NCBI GenBank assembly: GCA_964244895.1
Contig: CAXTKV010000046.1
Location: 1 to 29,126 of the forward strand
Direction: 5' to 3'
DNA from: an uncultured Deinococcales bacterium
Lineage (GTDB): Bacteria; Deinococcota; Deinococci; Deinococcales; JAAFIG01
DNA length: 29,126 nucleotides
The first letter of the stretch is position 1. Every line of letters begins with the position of its first letter. Below the pieces are notes generated by a model. That model was not told the DNA's origin. It did no database searches and worked only from the letters and a program-made list of their open reading frames with translations. The position numbers and the translations under genes are program-made. This document shows, piece by piece, positions 8,883 to 17,413 of the stretch.

Positions 8883-10049
8883 ATGTCTCAGGTCGCACCC
8901 CGCACTGAAATCCTCCCGGTCGAACCGAAAACCTCGGGCATCGTACCGAAGGCACCGGCAACCACCGCGAGCGGGGTCGTTGCGGTGCGATCGATCGCGC
9001 TCGACGCCTTCCGGGGCGTCACGATCACGCTGATGCTCTTGGTCAACAACATCGCGCTGGACAGCGCCACGCCGCCCGCGCTCCAGCACGCACCCTGGGG
9101 TGGCGGCATCACGCTGACCGATCTGGTCTTCCCGTGGTTTTTGTTCGCGGCGGGCACGGCCATGCCCTTCGCCTTCCAGAGCGCCCGCAAACGCGGCGCC
9201 ATTGGGTTGGAATGGGCCAAGCGCGCGCTCTCGAGAACGGTTTCGATGTTCCTGTTGGGGTGCCTGGTGACGAGCGCCGTGGCGCACCGACCGATATTGA
9301 GCATGGGCGTGCTGCAACTGATCGCGCTCGCGTCGCTGGTCGGCGCGGTCGCGTACCCGTGGCCCACGGGCGTGCGCGTCGGGATCTCGGTGGCGTTGCT
9401 GGTCGGGTACTGGGCGTTGTTGCGTTTTTACCCCGTGCCCAACGCTGGGGCTGGCGTGTTCGAGGAGACCGCCAACGCCGTGCGCCACATCAACGAGTCT
9501 TTTCTCGAGCCCTGGGGTTTGCGCGGCCTGCCGTCCGTGATTCCGACCGCCGCGCTGGTGGTCATCGCCGGACTAGTCGGGGACGCCCTCCGCGCCCCGC
9601 TGGACGCGAGAGCTCGGTTTGTGCGGGTCGGGCTGATCGGTGCCGGATTGACGCTTTTTGGGTGGCTCTGGAGCTTCGATCTGGAATTCAACAAGACCGT
9701 CTGGACGCCCTCGTACATCCTCTTCACGGCGGGCCTGGGCACGCTGACCATCGCCGCGTTCATGGCGCTCGAGCATTTCGGGCGCGCGTGGCGCAGCTTG
9801 GCCTTCCCGCTGATCGTGTTCGGCTCGAACGCGCTGCTGGTCTATATCGCGCCGATCCTGGTCAAAACCTGGATTCTTCAGGACTGGATGGTGAGCAGAG
9901 ACGCGACCGTGCAGACCTGGGCGCTCGGATCGTTGACGGACGCGCTGGGCAAGGTTCCCGGCGGTTGGGCGTACACGATTGCGTACATCGTGGCCTGCTG
10001 GCTTGGTGCGCTTTGGTTGTACCGCCGAAGCTTATTTTTGCGGGTTTGA
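8883..10049 (+). CDS. HGSNAT/NagX-like membrane acyltransferase
   Basis: 'RSIALDAFRGVTITLMLLVN...LQHAPW..G.TLTDLVFPWFLF', 'GVLQLIAL', 'NKTVWTPSY', 'GSNAL'; RBS AGGAGG before ATG 8883. Confidence 0.88.
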   Translation: MSQVAPRTEILPVEPKTSGIVPKAPATTASGVVAVRSIALDAFRGVTITLMLLVNNIALDSATPPALQHAPWGGGITLTDLVFPWFLFAAGTAMPFAFQSARKRGAIGLEWAKRALSRTVSMFLLGCLVTSAVAHRPILSMGVLQLIALASLVGAVAYPWPTGVRVGISVALLVGYWALLRFYPVPNAGAGVFEETANAVRHINESFLEPWGLRGLPSVIPTAALVVIAGLVGDALRAPLDARARFVRVGLIGAGLTLFGWLWSFDLEFNKTVWTPSYILFTAGLGTLTIAAFMALEHFGRAWRSLAFPLIVFGSNALLVYIAPILVKTWILQDWMVSRDATVQTWALGSLTDALGKVPGGWAYTIAYIVACWLGALWLYRRSLFLRV

Positions 10050-10052
10050 TGC

Positions 10053-10113
10053 GAGAACACCGTTCAGGACAGTGTTCTTGTATTTTCAAGAAATTGCGTC
10101 TGGGACGGTGTTC
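10053..10113. repeat. Palindromic repeat doublet, 23-nt spacer
   Basis: acaccgttcaggacag (10057-10072) ... gcgtctgggacggtgt (10096-10111); between convergent genes. Confidence 0.88.
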
Positions 10114-10134
10114 GCGGTGCGCGCGAGATTCAGG

Positions 10135-10632
10135 TCACGACTCGAGATCGAAAACCCAGTCGTTGCAGGTCATGAAATGTTCCTTCGGGTACTCGAACTG
10201 CACCTCGCCCAGCAAAGAAAAGCCGAGCGCACCGCACAGGCCATTCGACGCGGCGTTCTCGAGATTCGGAAAGGCGTGAAGGTGCGGGTGCCGACCCACC
10301 GTTCGCAGCCGTTCTAACAAGGCTTGAAGTCCCGCTTTGGCGAGCCCCTTTCCCTGCGCTTCCGGCACGACGAACCAGCCGGTTTCCCAGATCGTTTCGC
10401 CCTCCCACGCTCGTTCCCAGTAACCGATGGAACCGACGGCCTGAGCGTCCGACAGGATTACCAACATCTCGCCCCGATCTCGCCCCCGCATGGCCAAATA
10501 CCGAACATGGCGCGCCTCGATCTGCTCGGGTGTTTCCGGCCCGCCCAGGTGGGTCATCATGCGCGGATCGCCGAGCAATCGATGCAACAACCCGAGATCC
10601 TCTTCAGACCAGGGTCGGAGCTCCACCTTCAC
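10135..10632 (-). CDS. GNAT family N-acetyltransferase (RimJ/RimL-like)
   Basis: 'VELRPWSEEDL', 'ETGWFVVPEAQGKGLA', 'N.ASNGLCGALGF'; GTG overlaps the pyrD stop (GTGA). Confidence 0.88.
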   Translation of the reverse strand: MKVELRPWSEEDLGLLHRLLGDPRMMTHLGGPETPEQIEARHVRYLAMRGRDRGEMLVILSDAQAVGSIGYWERAWEGETIWETGWFVVPEAQGKGLAKAGLQALLERLRTVGRHPHLHAFPNLENAASNGLCGALGFSLLGEVQFEYPKEHFMTCNDWVFDLES

Positions 10633-11666
10633 CTCGGCATCTCGGGCGATCTCAGACCGCGATTGATTTCGCGGAGCATCATCGGTCCATCGTAAATCCA
10701 GCCCGTGTAAATCTGCACCAGGCTCGCACCGGCATCCAGGCGTTTTTGCGCGTCGTCCGCGCTCGAGATACCGCCGACCGAGATGATCGGCAATTGTCCG
10801 TTCGTCTGGCGCGAGAGGTGCGCCAGCATCTCGAGGCTGCGCGCCTTCAAGGGGCGCCCGGACAGCCCGCCCGATTCCGTGATCCGCGTGCTCAGCCCAT
10901 CCCGCGCCAACGTCGTGTTGGTGGCGATGATCCCGGACAGACCGTGCGTCTCGAGCAGCGATAACATTTCGTCGAGTTGCGTGAAGCTCAGATCGGGAGC
11001 GACCTTCAACAAGACTGGTTTTTGGTGCGGCTGCGCTTTCACGAAATCCATCACGGCCTTCAGCAAGACCTCGAGCTTGTCCTTGTCCTGCAACTCGCGC
11101 AGGTTGGGCGTGTTCGGGCTGGAGACGTTGATCGCGAAGTAATCGCCGTAATCGTACAGGCGCTCCAAACTCGAGACGTAATCGGCGGGCGCGTCCTCCA
11201 GGGGCGCGATTTTTGACTTGCCCAGGTTGATGCCCAACGGCACGGGTAGCTTTCCGAATTCGTGCCGCCAGAGCTCCAACCGCGCGGCGATCACGCGCGC
11301 ACCGTGGTTGTTGAAGCCCATGCGGTTGATGATCGCGCCGTCTTCCGGCAGGCGGAACAAGCGCGGTTTCGGGTTGCCGGGTTGCGCGTGCGCCGTGACG
11401 CTGCCGATCTCGACGAAGCCGAAGCCCAGCGCGGGCCAAACCGGGAGCGCCAGCGCGTTCTTGTCGAAGCCCGCCGCCAGCCCGACCGGGTTGGGGAACT
11501 CGAGATCCCAGAGTTTGACGGGATGCGTCGAGATCGGCGCGCACATTTTCGAGATCAACTCGAGCGCCGCGCGGCTCCTGGCGGCGAGCCTGAGCGCACC
11601 CATCACGACATCGTGGACGCGCTCAGGGTCGAACTGGAACAGAACGGGTTTCAAGAGGTCGTACAT
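10629..11666 (-). CDS. pyrD: Quinone-dependent dihydroorotate dehydrogenase (class 2)
   Basis: 'NPVGLAAGFDKN', 'GNPKPRLFRL', 'NRMGFNN', 'NVSSPNTPNLR', 'GGLSG'. Confidence 0.97.
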   Translation of the reverse strand: MYDLLKPVLFQFDPERVHDVVMGALRLAARSRAALELISKMCAPISTHPVKLWDLEFPNPVGLAAGFDKNALALPVWPALGFGFVEIGSVTAHAQPGNPKPRLFRLPEDGAIINRMGFNNHGARVIAARLELWRHEFGKLPVPLGINLGKSKIAPLEDAPADYVSSLERLYDYGDYFAINVSSPNTPNLRELQDKDKLEVLLKAVMDFVKAQPHQKPVLLKVAPDLSFTQLDEMLSLLETHGLSGIIATNTTLARDGLSTRITESGGLSGRPLKARSLEMLAHLSRQTNGQLPIISVGGISSADDAQKRLDAGASLVQIYTGWIYDGPMMLREINRGLRSPEMPR

Positions 11667-11719
11667 CGGGTTCCTGTCTGCTGAGCGCGATGAATCGCAC
11701 CCTACGGGTTCGTTTTTAG

Positions 11720-11772
11720 GAACACCGTCCCAGACGCGTATTTAAGACTGCGTCCTGGACGGTGTCCTCGAG
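11720..11772. repeat. Palindromic repeat doublet, 12-nt spacer, inside pyr operon
   Basis: acaccgtcccagacgc-gtatttaagact-gcgtcctggacggtgt-c-ctcgag. Confidence 0.92.
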
Positions 11773-11774
11773 AT

Positions 11775-13061
11775 TCACGCCCTGGCGTCGAACGCGAGCT
11801 TGCCGCGCACGATGGTCGCGACGGGCCAGCCGCGCAGCGTTTGAGCGTCCCACGGGCTGAATTTGGCTTTCGATTTGAATTTTGACGCGTCCACGCGGCG
11901 TTCCGTCTCCAGATCCAGCAGCACCAGATCGGCGGGCGCACCGATCTCGAGGCTCGGCGCGGGCAAGCCCAGAACGCGCGCCGGGCCGAGCGTTAGAAGC
12001 TCGAGCAAGCGCTCCAGTTTGAGTTTCCCACCGTGCGAGAAGAGCGTGTACAACAGCGGAAAGCAGACTTCGATGTTGCCGATCCCGAACGGCGCCTCGA
12101 GCATGTCGCGCTCCTTTTCCGAGCGCGTGTGCGGCGCGTGATCCGTCCCCAGGCAATCCACCGTGCCGTCCAGCAGGCCGTCCAGCAGCGCGCGCGTGTC
12201 GGAGAGCGTGCGCAACGGCGGCGCGACCTTGAAGATCGGATCGAAGGCTTCCAGGGACGCGTCCGTCAGCGTCAGGTGGTGCGGCGCGACCTCGCAGGTG
12301 ACGTTCGAGCCCTGCGATTTGGCGCGCCTGAGAAGTTCCAGCCCTCGGGCAGAGGAGAGGTGCTGGACGTGCAACCTCGCGCCGGGATGGTTGCGCTGCA
12401 CGAAGGCCAGAATCTCGAGATCCCGCGCGATCCGCGCCGCTTCCGCCGCGACCGGATTGCCCGGCAAGCCCAGGCGTTCGCTGACCTCACCCTCGTTCAT
12501 CACGCCATCGCCGCGCAAGCTCGCGTCCTCGGCGTGAACCGAAATCACCAGCCCGAGCGGTGCGGCGTACTCGAGCGCCCGCCGCATCACGCCCGCGTCC
12601 TCGACGGTGCGCCCGTCGTCGGTCAGCATCAGCGCGCCCGCCTCGCGCAGCGCCGCCGCGTCCGAAAGCTGTTTGCCTTCCTGCCCGCGCGTCATGGCCG
12701 CCGACGGGATCAGGCGGGCAAAACCCAAACGCTCCGCCTTCTGAATCAGTTCGCGCACGATATTGGGGTCGTCCACCACGGGTTTCGTGTTCGGCATGGA
12801 GACCACCGTGCCGTACCCGCCCGCCGCCGCCGCCGCCAACCCGGACGCCAGGTCTTCTTTGACCTCCTGCCCCGGCTCGCGCAGGTGCGCGTGCGGCTCG
12901 ATGAAGGCCACCGCCAGCGTCAAGCCCTTGCCCGGAATCTCTCGATCCGCGCTGCCGCCAAGATCGAAACCTTCGATCACACCGTCCCTGACGTAAACAT
13001 CCCTCGCGTCGTAGACGCCCTTGTGATCGGCCAATCGCGCGCCGGAAATTTTTAATCGCAT
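11775..13061 (-). CDS. pyrC: Dihydroorotase (long type)
   Basis: 'HAHLREPG', 'MPNTKP', 'EVAPHHL', 'KVAPPLR', 'TDHAPH'; RBS AGGAG. Confidence 0.96.
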   Translation of the reverse strand: MRLKISGARLADHKGVYDARDVYVRDGVIEGFDLGGSADREIPGKGLTLAVAFIEPHAHLREPGQEVKEDLASGLAAAAAGGYGTVVSMPNTKPVVDDPNIVRELIQKAERLGFARLIPSAAMTRGQEGKQLSDAAALREAGALMLTDDGRTVEDAGVMRRALEYAAPLGLVISVHAEDASLRGDGVMNEGEVSERLGLPGNPVAAEAARIARDLEILAFVQRNHPGARLHVQHLSSARGLELLRRAKSQGSNVTCEVAPHHLTLTDASLEAFDPIFKVAPPLRTLSDTRALLDGLLDGTVDCLGTDHAPHTRSEKERDMLEAPFGIGNIEVCFPLLYTLFSHGGKLKLERLLELLTLGPARVLGLPAPSLEIGAPADLVLLDLETERRVDASKFKSKAKFSPWDAQTLRGWPVATIVRGKLAFDARA

Positions 13062-13073
13062 GGTTTCTCCTGA

Positions 13074-13193
13074 AGAAAGCCTTAAGCTTTAAGCCTTAAG
13101 CGATAAGCAAGACCGAGAAGCGGCTAAACAACTTTCCTTTGTCGTTTGTTTACTTTTTCTTATAGCCTGTAGCTCATTGCTTATCGCTTCCTA
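13074..13193. repeat. AT-rich heptamer tandem arrays in inverted arrangement between pyrB and pyrC
   Basis: agaaagc cttaagc tttaagc cttaagc gataagc ... cttatag cctgtag ctcattg cttatcg; perfect 13-bp IR 13098-13110/13177-13189. Confidence 0.75.
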
Positions 13194-14105
13194 TCACTTC
13201 TTCCCGACCAACAGGTGATACAGCACCGCCATCCGCGCGGGCAGGCCGTTCTCGACCTGCTGCACGATCAGGTTGCGGCTCGAATCGGCCAATGAGCCGT
13301 CGATCTCGATGTCGCGGTTCATCGGCCCCGGATGCAGCACCACGGCGTCTGGGTTGGCGGAACGCAACCGCTCGGGCGTGATCTGGTAGGTCTGCTGGTA
13401 CTCCTCGAGGCTGGGCAGGAAGCCGGTGCTCATGCGCTCATGTTGCAACCGGAGCGCCATGACCGCGTGCGCGCCCTCGAGCGCCTGGCGTATGTCGGTC
13501 GTGACCGTCACGCCTTCTCGCTCGAGTTCGCGGGGCAAGAGCGTGCTGGGGCCGCACAATCGCACCTTGACGCCCAGTTTCGGCAGCAGTTCCGCGTTGG
13601 AACGGGCCACGCGCGAATGCTTCACGTCCCCGACGATGGCGATTTCCAGACCTTCCAGGCTGCCGAAGTGCCGCTTCAGGGTGTACGCGTCCAGCAAAGC
13701 CTGCGTCGGGTGCGCGCGCCGCCCATCGCCGCCGTTGACGACGTGCGCGTTCGTCCAGCGCGTGATCTGGTGCGCCGCGCCGGACGCGCCGTGGCGCACG
13801 ATGAACATATCCACCTTCATCGCCTCGAGCGTCAGGATCGTGTCTTTCAAGGATTCGCCTTTTGACAGGCTCGAGGTCGCGCCCGTGAAGGTGACCACGT
13901 CCGCGCTCATGCGCCGCGCCGCCAGTTCGAAGCTCAACCTGGTGCGCGTGGAATTCTCGAAAAACGCGGTGCAGACGGTGAATCCCTGCAAGGCCGGGAC
14001 TTTTTTAACGGGGCGCTGCAAGACCTCGCGCATGATCTCGGCGGTTTCCAGAAGGTTCTCGCACTGCGTCCGATCCCAGGTCGAAAAATCCAGTAAGTGC
14101 TTCAC
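13194..14105 (-). CDS. pyrB: Aspartate carbamoyltransferase catalytic subunit
   Basis: 'FFENSTRTR', 'SKGESL.DT', 'HPTQALLD', 'GDVKHSRVARS', 'HPGPMNR'. Confidence 0.97.
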   Translation of the reverse strand: MKHLLDFSTWDRTQCENLLETAEIMREVLQRPVKKVPALQGFTVCTAFFENSTRTRLSFELAARRMSADVVTFTGATSSLSKGESLKDTILTLEAMKVDMFIVRHGASGAAHQITRWTNAHVVNGGDGRRAHPTQALLDAYTLKRHFGSLEGLEIAIVGDVKHSRVARSNAELLPKLGVKVRLCGPSTLLPRELEREGVTVTTDIRQALEGAHAVMALRLQHERMSTGFLPSLEEYQQTYQITPERLRSANPDAVVLHPGPMNRDIEIDGSLADSSRNLIVQQVENGLPARMAVLYHLLVGKK

Positions 14106-14123
14106 GATTCGCCCCGCGCGCGG

Positions 14124-14167
14124 ACACCGTCCAGGACGGTGTTTTCGAGATGCGTGCTGCGCGGTGC
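14124..14167. repeat. Palindromic repeat doublet, 12-nt spacer, between pyrR and pyrB
   Basis: Left unit is the full palindrome acaccgtcc-a-ggacggtgt; right arm gcgtgctgcgcggtgc (14152-14167). Confidence 0.85.
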
Positions 14168-14250
14168 CCCTGAAAACTCGGCTTCAAAAAAACGCCTTCC
14201 AATGGCGGAAGGCTCGAGCGACACATTGAAATTTGTGCATCCACGTCGCA

Positions 14251-14802
14251 TCATGCTTTCGCCTCCCACAACTCCACCGCGTCCTCGCCGTCGGATTCGG
14301 TCAGTTTGACCTTGACCATTTCCTGCTTGCTGGTCGGCATGTTCTTGCCGACGTAATCGGCCCGGATCGGCAATTCGCGGTGGCCTCGATCCATCAAGAC
14401 CGCCAGTTGAATCGCGGCGGGACGCCCCAAATCAATCAGTGCGTCCAACCCGGCGCGCGCCGTGCGTCCCGTGTAGAGCACGTCGTCCACCAGGATGATC
14501 TTCTTGGTGGAGACATCGAACGGCACTTCCGTGCGCCGCACGATCGGTTGCAAACCCACTTCCGTCAGGTCGTCCCGATAGAGCGTGATGTCCAGCTTGC
14601 CGGTCGGTACGTCGTGGCCCTCGAGTTCCGCGAGTTTGGCCGCGATCCGGTCACCCAATGGGATGCCGCGCGTGTGAACCCCGACCACCGCCAGGTCAGC
14701 CGCGCCCTTGTTGCGCTCCAGGATCTCGTGCGCGATGCGGTGAATCGCGCGGCGGATGTCGTCGGGTTCCAGGATTCTGGCCTTGAACGCCCATTCCTTC
14801 AC
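14251..14802 (-). CDS. pyrR: PyrR pyrimidine attenuation protein / UPRTase
   Basis: '[10 protein letters not shown]', 'LDITLYRDD', '[11 protein letters not shown]', '[17 protein letters not shown]'. Confidence 0.97.
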   Translation of the reverse strand: MKEWAFKARILEPDDIRRAIHRIAHEILERNKGAADLAVVGVHTRGIPLGDRIAAKLAELEGHDVPTGKLDITLYRDDLTEVGLQPIVRRTEVPFDVSTKKIILVDDVLYTGRTARAGLDALIDLGRPAAIQLAVLMDRGHRELPIRADYVGKNMPTSKQEMVKVKLTESDGEDAVELWEAKA

Positions 14803-14906
14803 GCCTCACCCCCCATCGGACTCGAGCACGCCGGACTCGAGCGCGCCGGACGTAGAAAAAATGAAGCCCCACGGCGCACGCCGGGGACTGGGCTGGATTG
14901 ATTCAT
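14799..14906 (-). CDS. pyr operon leader peptide (35 aa, [35 protein letters not shown])
   Basis: RBS AGGAGG before ATG 14906; stop TGA overlaps pyrR GTG; spans the leader terminator; below the ORF-track length cutoff. Confidence 0.7.
   Translation of the reverse strand: MNQSSPVPGVRRGASFFLRPARSSPACSSPMGGEA
14855..14889 (-). terminator. Intrinsic attenuator terminator within pyr leader ORF
   Basis: AGUCCCCGGC-GUGC-GCCG(U)GGGGCU followed by UCAUUUUUUC. Confidence 0.75.
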
Positions 14907-14911
14907 GTTGT

Positions 14912-14947
14912 CCTCCTTTCCGACCTCTCGGGATCGGTTTTAAGGCT
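14912..14947 (-). promoter_or_regulatory. PyrR-binding RNA stem-loop overlapping the leader RBS
   Basis: CCUUAAAACCGA-UCCCGAGAGG-UCGGAAAGG resembles the PyrR binding-loop pattern (UUUAA...UCCNGNGAGG...AAAGG); TACACT -10 at 14959-14954. Confidence 0.8.
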
Positions 14948-15381
14948 GACGGGAGTGTAACGCGCGAGCAGCACCGAACGCAAGCGCGGTGTCGCTCGAG
15001 ATACCGCTGAACTTCCCCACGGTTCACGCCAGCAAAAACCGCCCAGAACGATACGGTCTGAACCCAGAACGTCGTTACCCGCGCCGGATTTTGCTCGAGC
15101 TTCGAGGGCACCAAAACCCGTCAATTCGGCGCCCGAAGGTTCCGATTCGCTGGCCTGGGCGCTCAGGCGCCAGCGTTTTCAAATCGTGCTGCACGAACGC
15201 AATCCAAACGCTCACTCACGAGCACCCGGATCACACGAGCCAGACATTTGAATGCCAACTTAATCAGTACCTGGCAGACTGAACCCAGGAACATCTCAGT
15301 GTTTCAGGGTCGCGCCGGACGCGATGGACGTTGCGTTGCACGACTCGATCAGACCCAGGCAAGGCCCAAGAGGAGAAACGA

Positions 15382-16725
15382 ATGCGCGCCAGTTTCAGAC
15401 ACGGCCTGATCGCGGCACTGCTTTTGGTCGCAGGCTGCAACACCAAAACCCAGCACGCCCCGACAGTGGTCAATCCGGGCAACCAGACCAGCACCGTTGG
15501 AACCGCCGTCAACCTGAAAATTCAGGCCAGCGACGCTGACGGAGACGCGATCCAGTACGCCCTGAGCGGGCAACCGGACGGGTTGAGCATCGACGCGTCG
15601 GGAATCATCGCTGGAACGCCCTCGAAAGCAGCCACGTTCACCACCACCGTCACGGTCGCGGACAGCAATGGCGGCAGCGACAACAAATCGTTCTCGTGGA
15701 CGATTCAGCCCGCAGGCACGCCACCGCCGCCCCCACCACCGCCACCACCTCCTCCACCGCCACCACCTTCGCCCCCGAGCATCACGAATCCCGGAAGCAA
15801 AGCGAACACGGTCGGCGAGAACGTCAGCCTGCAAATCCAGGCGACCGGAACGGGCACGCTCGCGTACAGCGCCACGGGATTACCGGACGGTCTGGGCATT
15901 GACGGCGCCACCGGCGCGATCAGCGGCGCACCGACCAAAATCAAGGCGTACACCCCGCAAATCACCGTAACCGACACCAACGGCTCGAGCAGCGCAACGT
16001 TCGCCTGGAACGTCACCGAGATCAACGGGCTGGTCGGCTGGTGGAAGTTCGACGCGGGCAGCGGAACGATCGCCGCGGATTCGTCCGGTTACGGCAACGA
16101 TGGAACCATCGTTAACGGTGGCTTCGGCGCTGGCAAGGTTGGCAGTTCCGCGCTCGAGATGAACGGCGGCAACAACAGCATCGTCGACATCCCGCTTTCG
16201 AACAGCCTGCGCTCGACCTCGAGCAAGATCACCGTCATGGCCTGGGCGTACCTGAACGATTGGAACCACGTCGATATCCTGGGTCATAGCTATCCGTTCG
16301 TGTTTTTCGGGTTCCACAACGAAAAAGATGGCAGTGGAAATCCGACGACGCGCGCCTTCAAGTGGCAGGTGGCGACCAAGCTCGATTCAGATTGTCCAAC
16401 GAACGATTGCCGCGCCACGATTTTCGCCGCCGACAACACGATGGCGCTCCACACCTGGTATCACCTGGCCGGAACCTACGACAAGGATGGCGTGGGCGGC
16501 TCAACTGTGAAACTTTACCTGAACGGGCAGTTGATTGCTTACCAACTCCAGTTCTCACAGGTTCTGCCGATGCCGGAAGTGCCGTTCACCATCTCTGGTT
16601 TTCGCGATCCGAACAACGGCAACGCGATCACCGACGAGATCGATGGCAAAATTGACGACGTGCGCGTCTTCAACCGGGCTTTGAGCGCCAGTGAAATCCT
16701 CGATATTTACAACTCTACCAAGTAA
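15382..16725 (+). CDS. Lipoprotein: two putative Ig domains, poly-Pro linker, LamG/concanavalin-like domain
   Basis: RBS AGGAG; lipobox VAGC; repeated 'NPG......G..V.L.IQA...Y...G.PDGL.ID..G.I.G.P'; 16 consecutive Pro; LamG 'GLVGWWKFD...DSSGYGNDG...WYHLAGTYD...GKIDDVRVFNRALS'. Confidence 0.88.
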   Translation: MRASFRHGLIAALLLVAGCNTKTQHAPTVVNPGNQTSTVGTAVNLKIQASDADGDAIQYALSGQPDGLSIDASGIIAGTPSKAATFTTTVTVADSNGGSDNKSFSWTIQPAGTPPPPPPPPPPPPPPPPSPPSITNPGSKANTVGENVSLQIQATGTGTLAYSATGLPDGLGIDGATGAISGAPTKIKAYTPQITVTDTNGSSSATFAWNVTEINGLVGWWKFDAGSGTIAADSSGYGNDGTIVNGGFGAGKVGSSALEMNGGNNSIVDIPLSNSLRSTSSKITVMAWAYLNDWNHVDILGHSYPFVFFGFHNEKDGSGNPTTRAFKWQVATKLDSDCPTNDCRATIFAADNTMALHTWYHLAGTYDKDGVGGSTVKLYLNGQLIAYQLQFSQVLPMPEVPFTISGFRDPNNGNAITDEIDGKIDDVRVFNRALSASEILDIYNSTK

Positions 16726-16732
16726 TCAGGCC

Positions 16733-16786
16733 CGAGAACACCGTCCAGGACGCGAATATTAACTTGCGTCCTGGACGGTGTTCTCG
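16733..16786. repeat. Palindromic repeat doublet, best copy (perfect 21-bp IR, 12-nt spacer)
   Basis: cgagaacaccgtccaggacgc-gaatattaactt-gcgtcctggacggtgttctcg. Confidence 0.97.
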
Positions 16787-16799
16787 TGATGCACCAGCT

Positions 16800-17396
16800 T
16801 CAGTGCTCGCGCTGCGAGGACTTGATTGTACCGCGCAAAAACACGCTCGAGATCAGCGCCGCCAGGCTTTCGGGCGCGTTGTACGGCTTGGGGACGCTCA
16901 CGAAATGCTGCTTGATGCTGGGCTCGAAGACCATCGTGGTCAGCAACCCAGCCAGCTCGAGCGTGTCACCTTCGATCAAGCCGTCCTGCACGCCAGTCTC
17001 GAGGACGCGCTGAATGGCGTACAGCAAGGGTTTGAGCGATTCGTCGGCGGGCACGTTGGCATCGAAAAGCACGCGAAAGAAACCCTGGTGTTCGTTCTGG
17101 AACTGGATGCTTTCTTTTGCGATGGTCTGGACGCGATCCTCGAGCGTGGTCTGGGATTCCAACGCGCCGCTGACGCGTTCGGCCAGTTCAAAAAGCTTCC
17201 ATTCGCGCAGCGCGATGGCCAGGTGCGGTTTGTCGGGAAAGTATTTGTACAAGCCCACGCGCGTCAACAGGGCGCGTTCCGCGATTCGATCCATAGATGC
17301 GGTGGCGTAGCCGTCGTGGCTGAAGACCTCGAGCGCCGCCTCGAGAATCTCTAAGCTCCGTTTCTCGCGGCGGCGCTCGCGCAGGCTGGGGTTCAT
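16800..17396 (-). CDS. TetR/AcrR family transcriptional regulator
   Basis: 'EILEAALEVFSHDGYATASMDRIAERALLTRVGLYKYFPDK'; ATG 17396 preceded by TAGACT (7 nt). Confidence 0.92.
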   Translation of the reverse strand: MNPSLRERRREKRSLEILEAALEVFSHDGYATASMDRIAERALLTRVGLYKYFPDKPHLAIALREWKLFELAERVSGALESQTTLEDRVQTIAKESIQFQNEHQGFFRVLFDANVPADESLKPLLYAIQRVLETGVQDGLIEGDTLELAGLLTTMVFEPSIKQHFVSVPKPYNAPESLAALISSVFLRGTIKSSQREH

Positions 17397-17413
17397 TCCC
17401 AGCAGTCTACTTT

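Noticed and set aside
10135..11544. 469-aa ORF as a long GNAT fusion
   Set aside because: The upstream part is an alternative frame of pyrD with Arg/Ala-rich shadow composition; the GNAT starts at GTG 10632.
15037..15200. Further degenerate repeat units (aaaccgcccagaacga near 15037; tcgtgctgcacgaacg near 15184)
   Set aside because: Too many mismatches and no partner arm at 12 or 22-23 nt; not counted.
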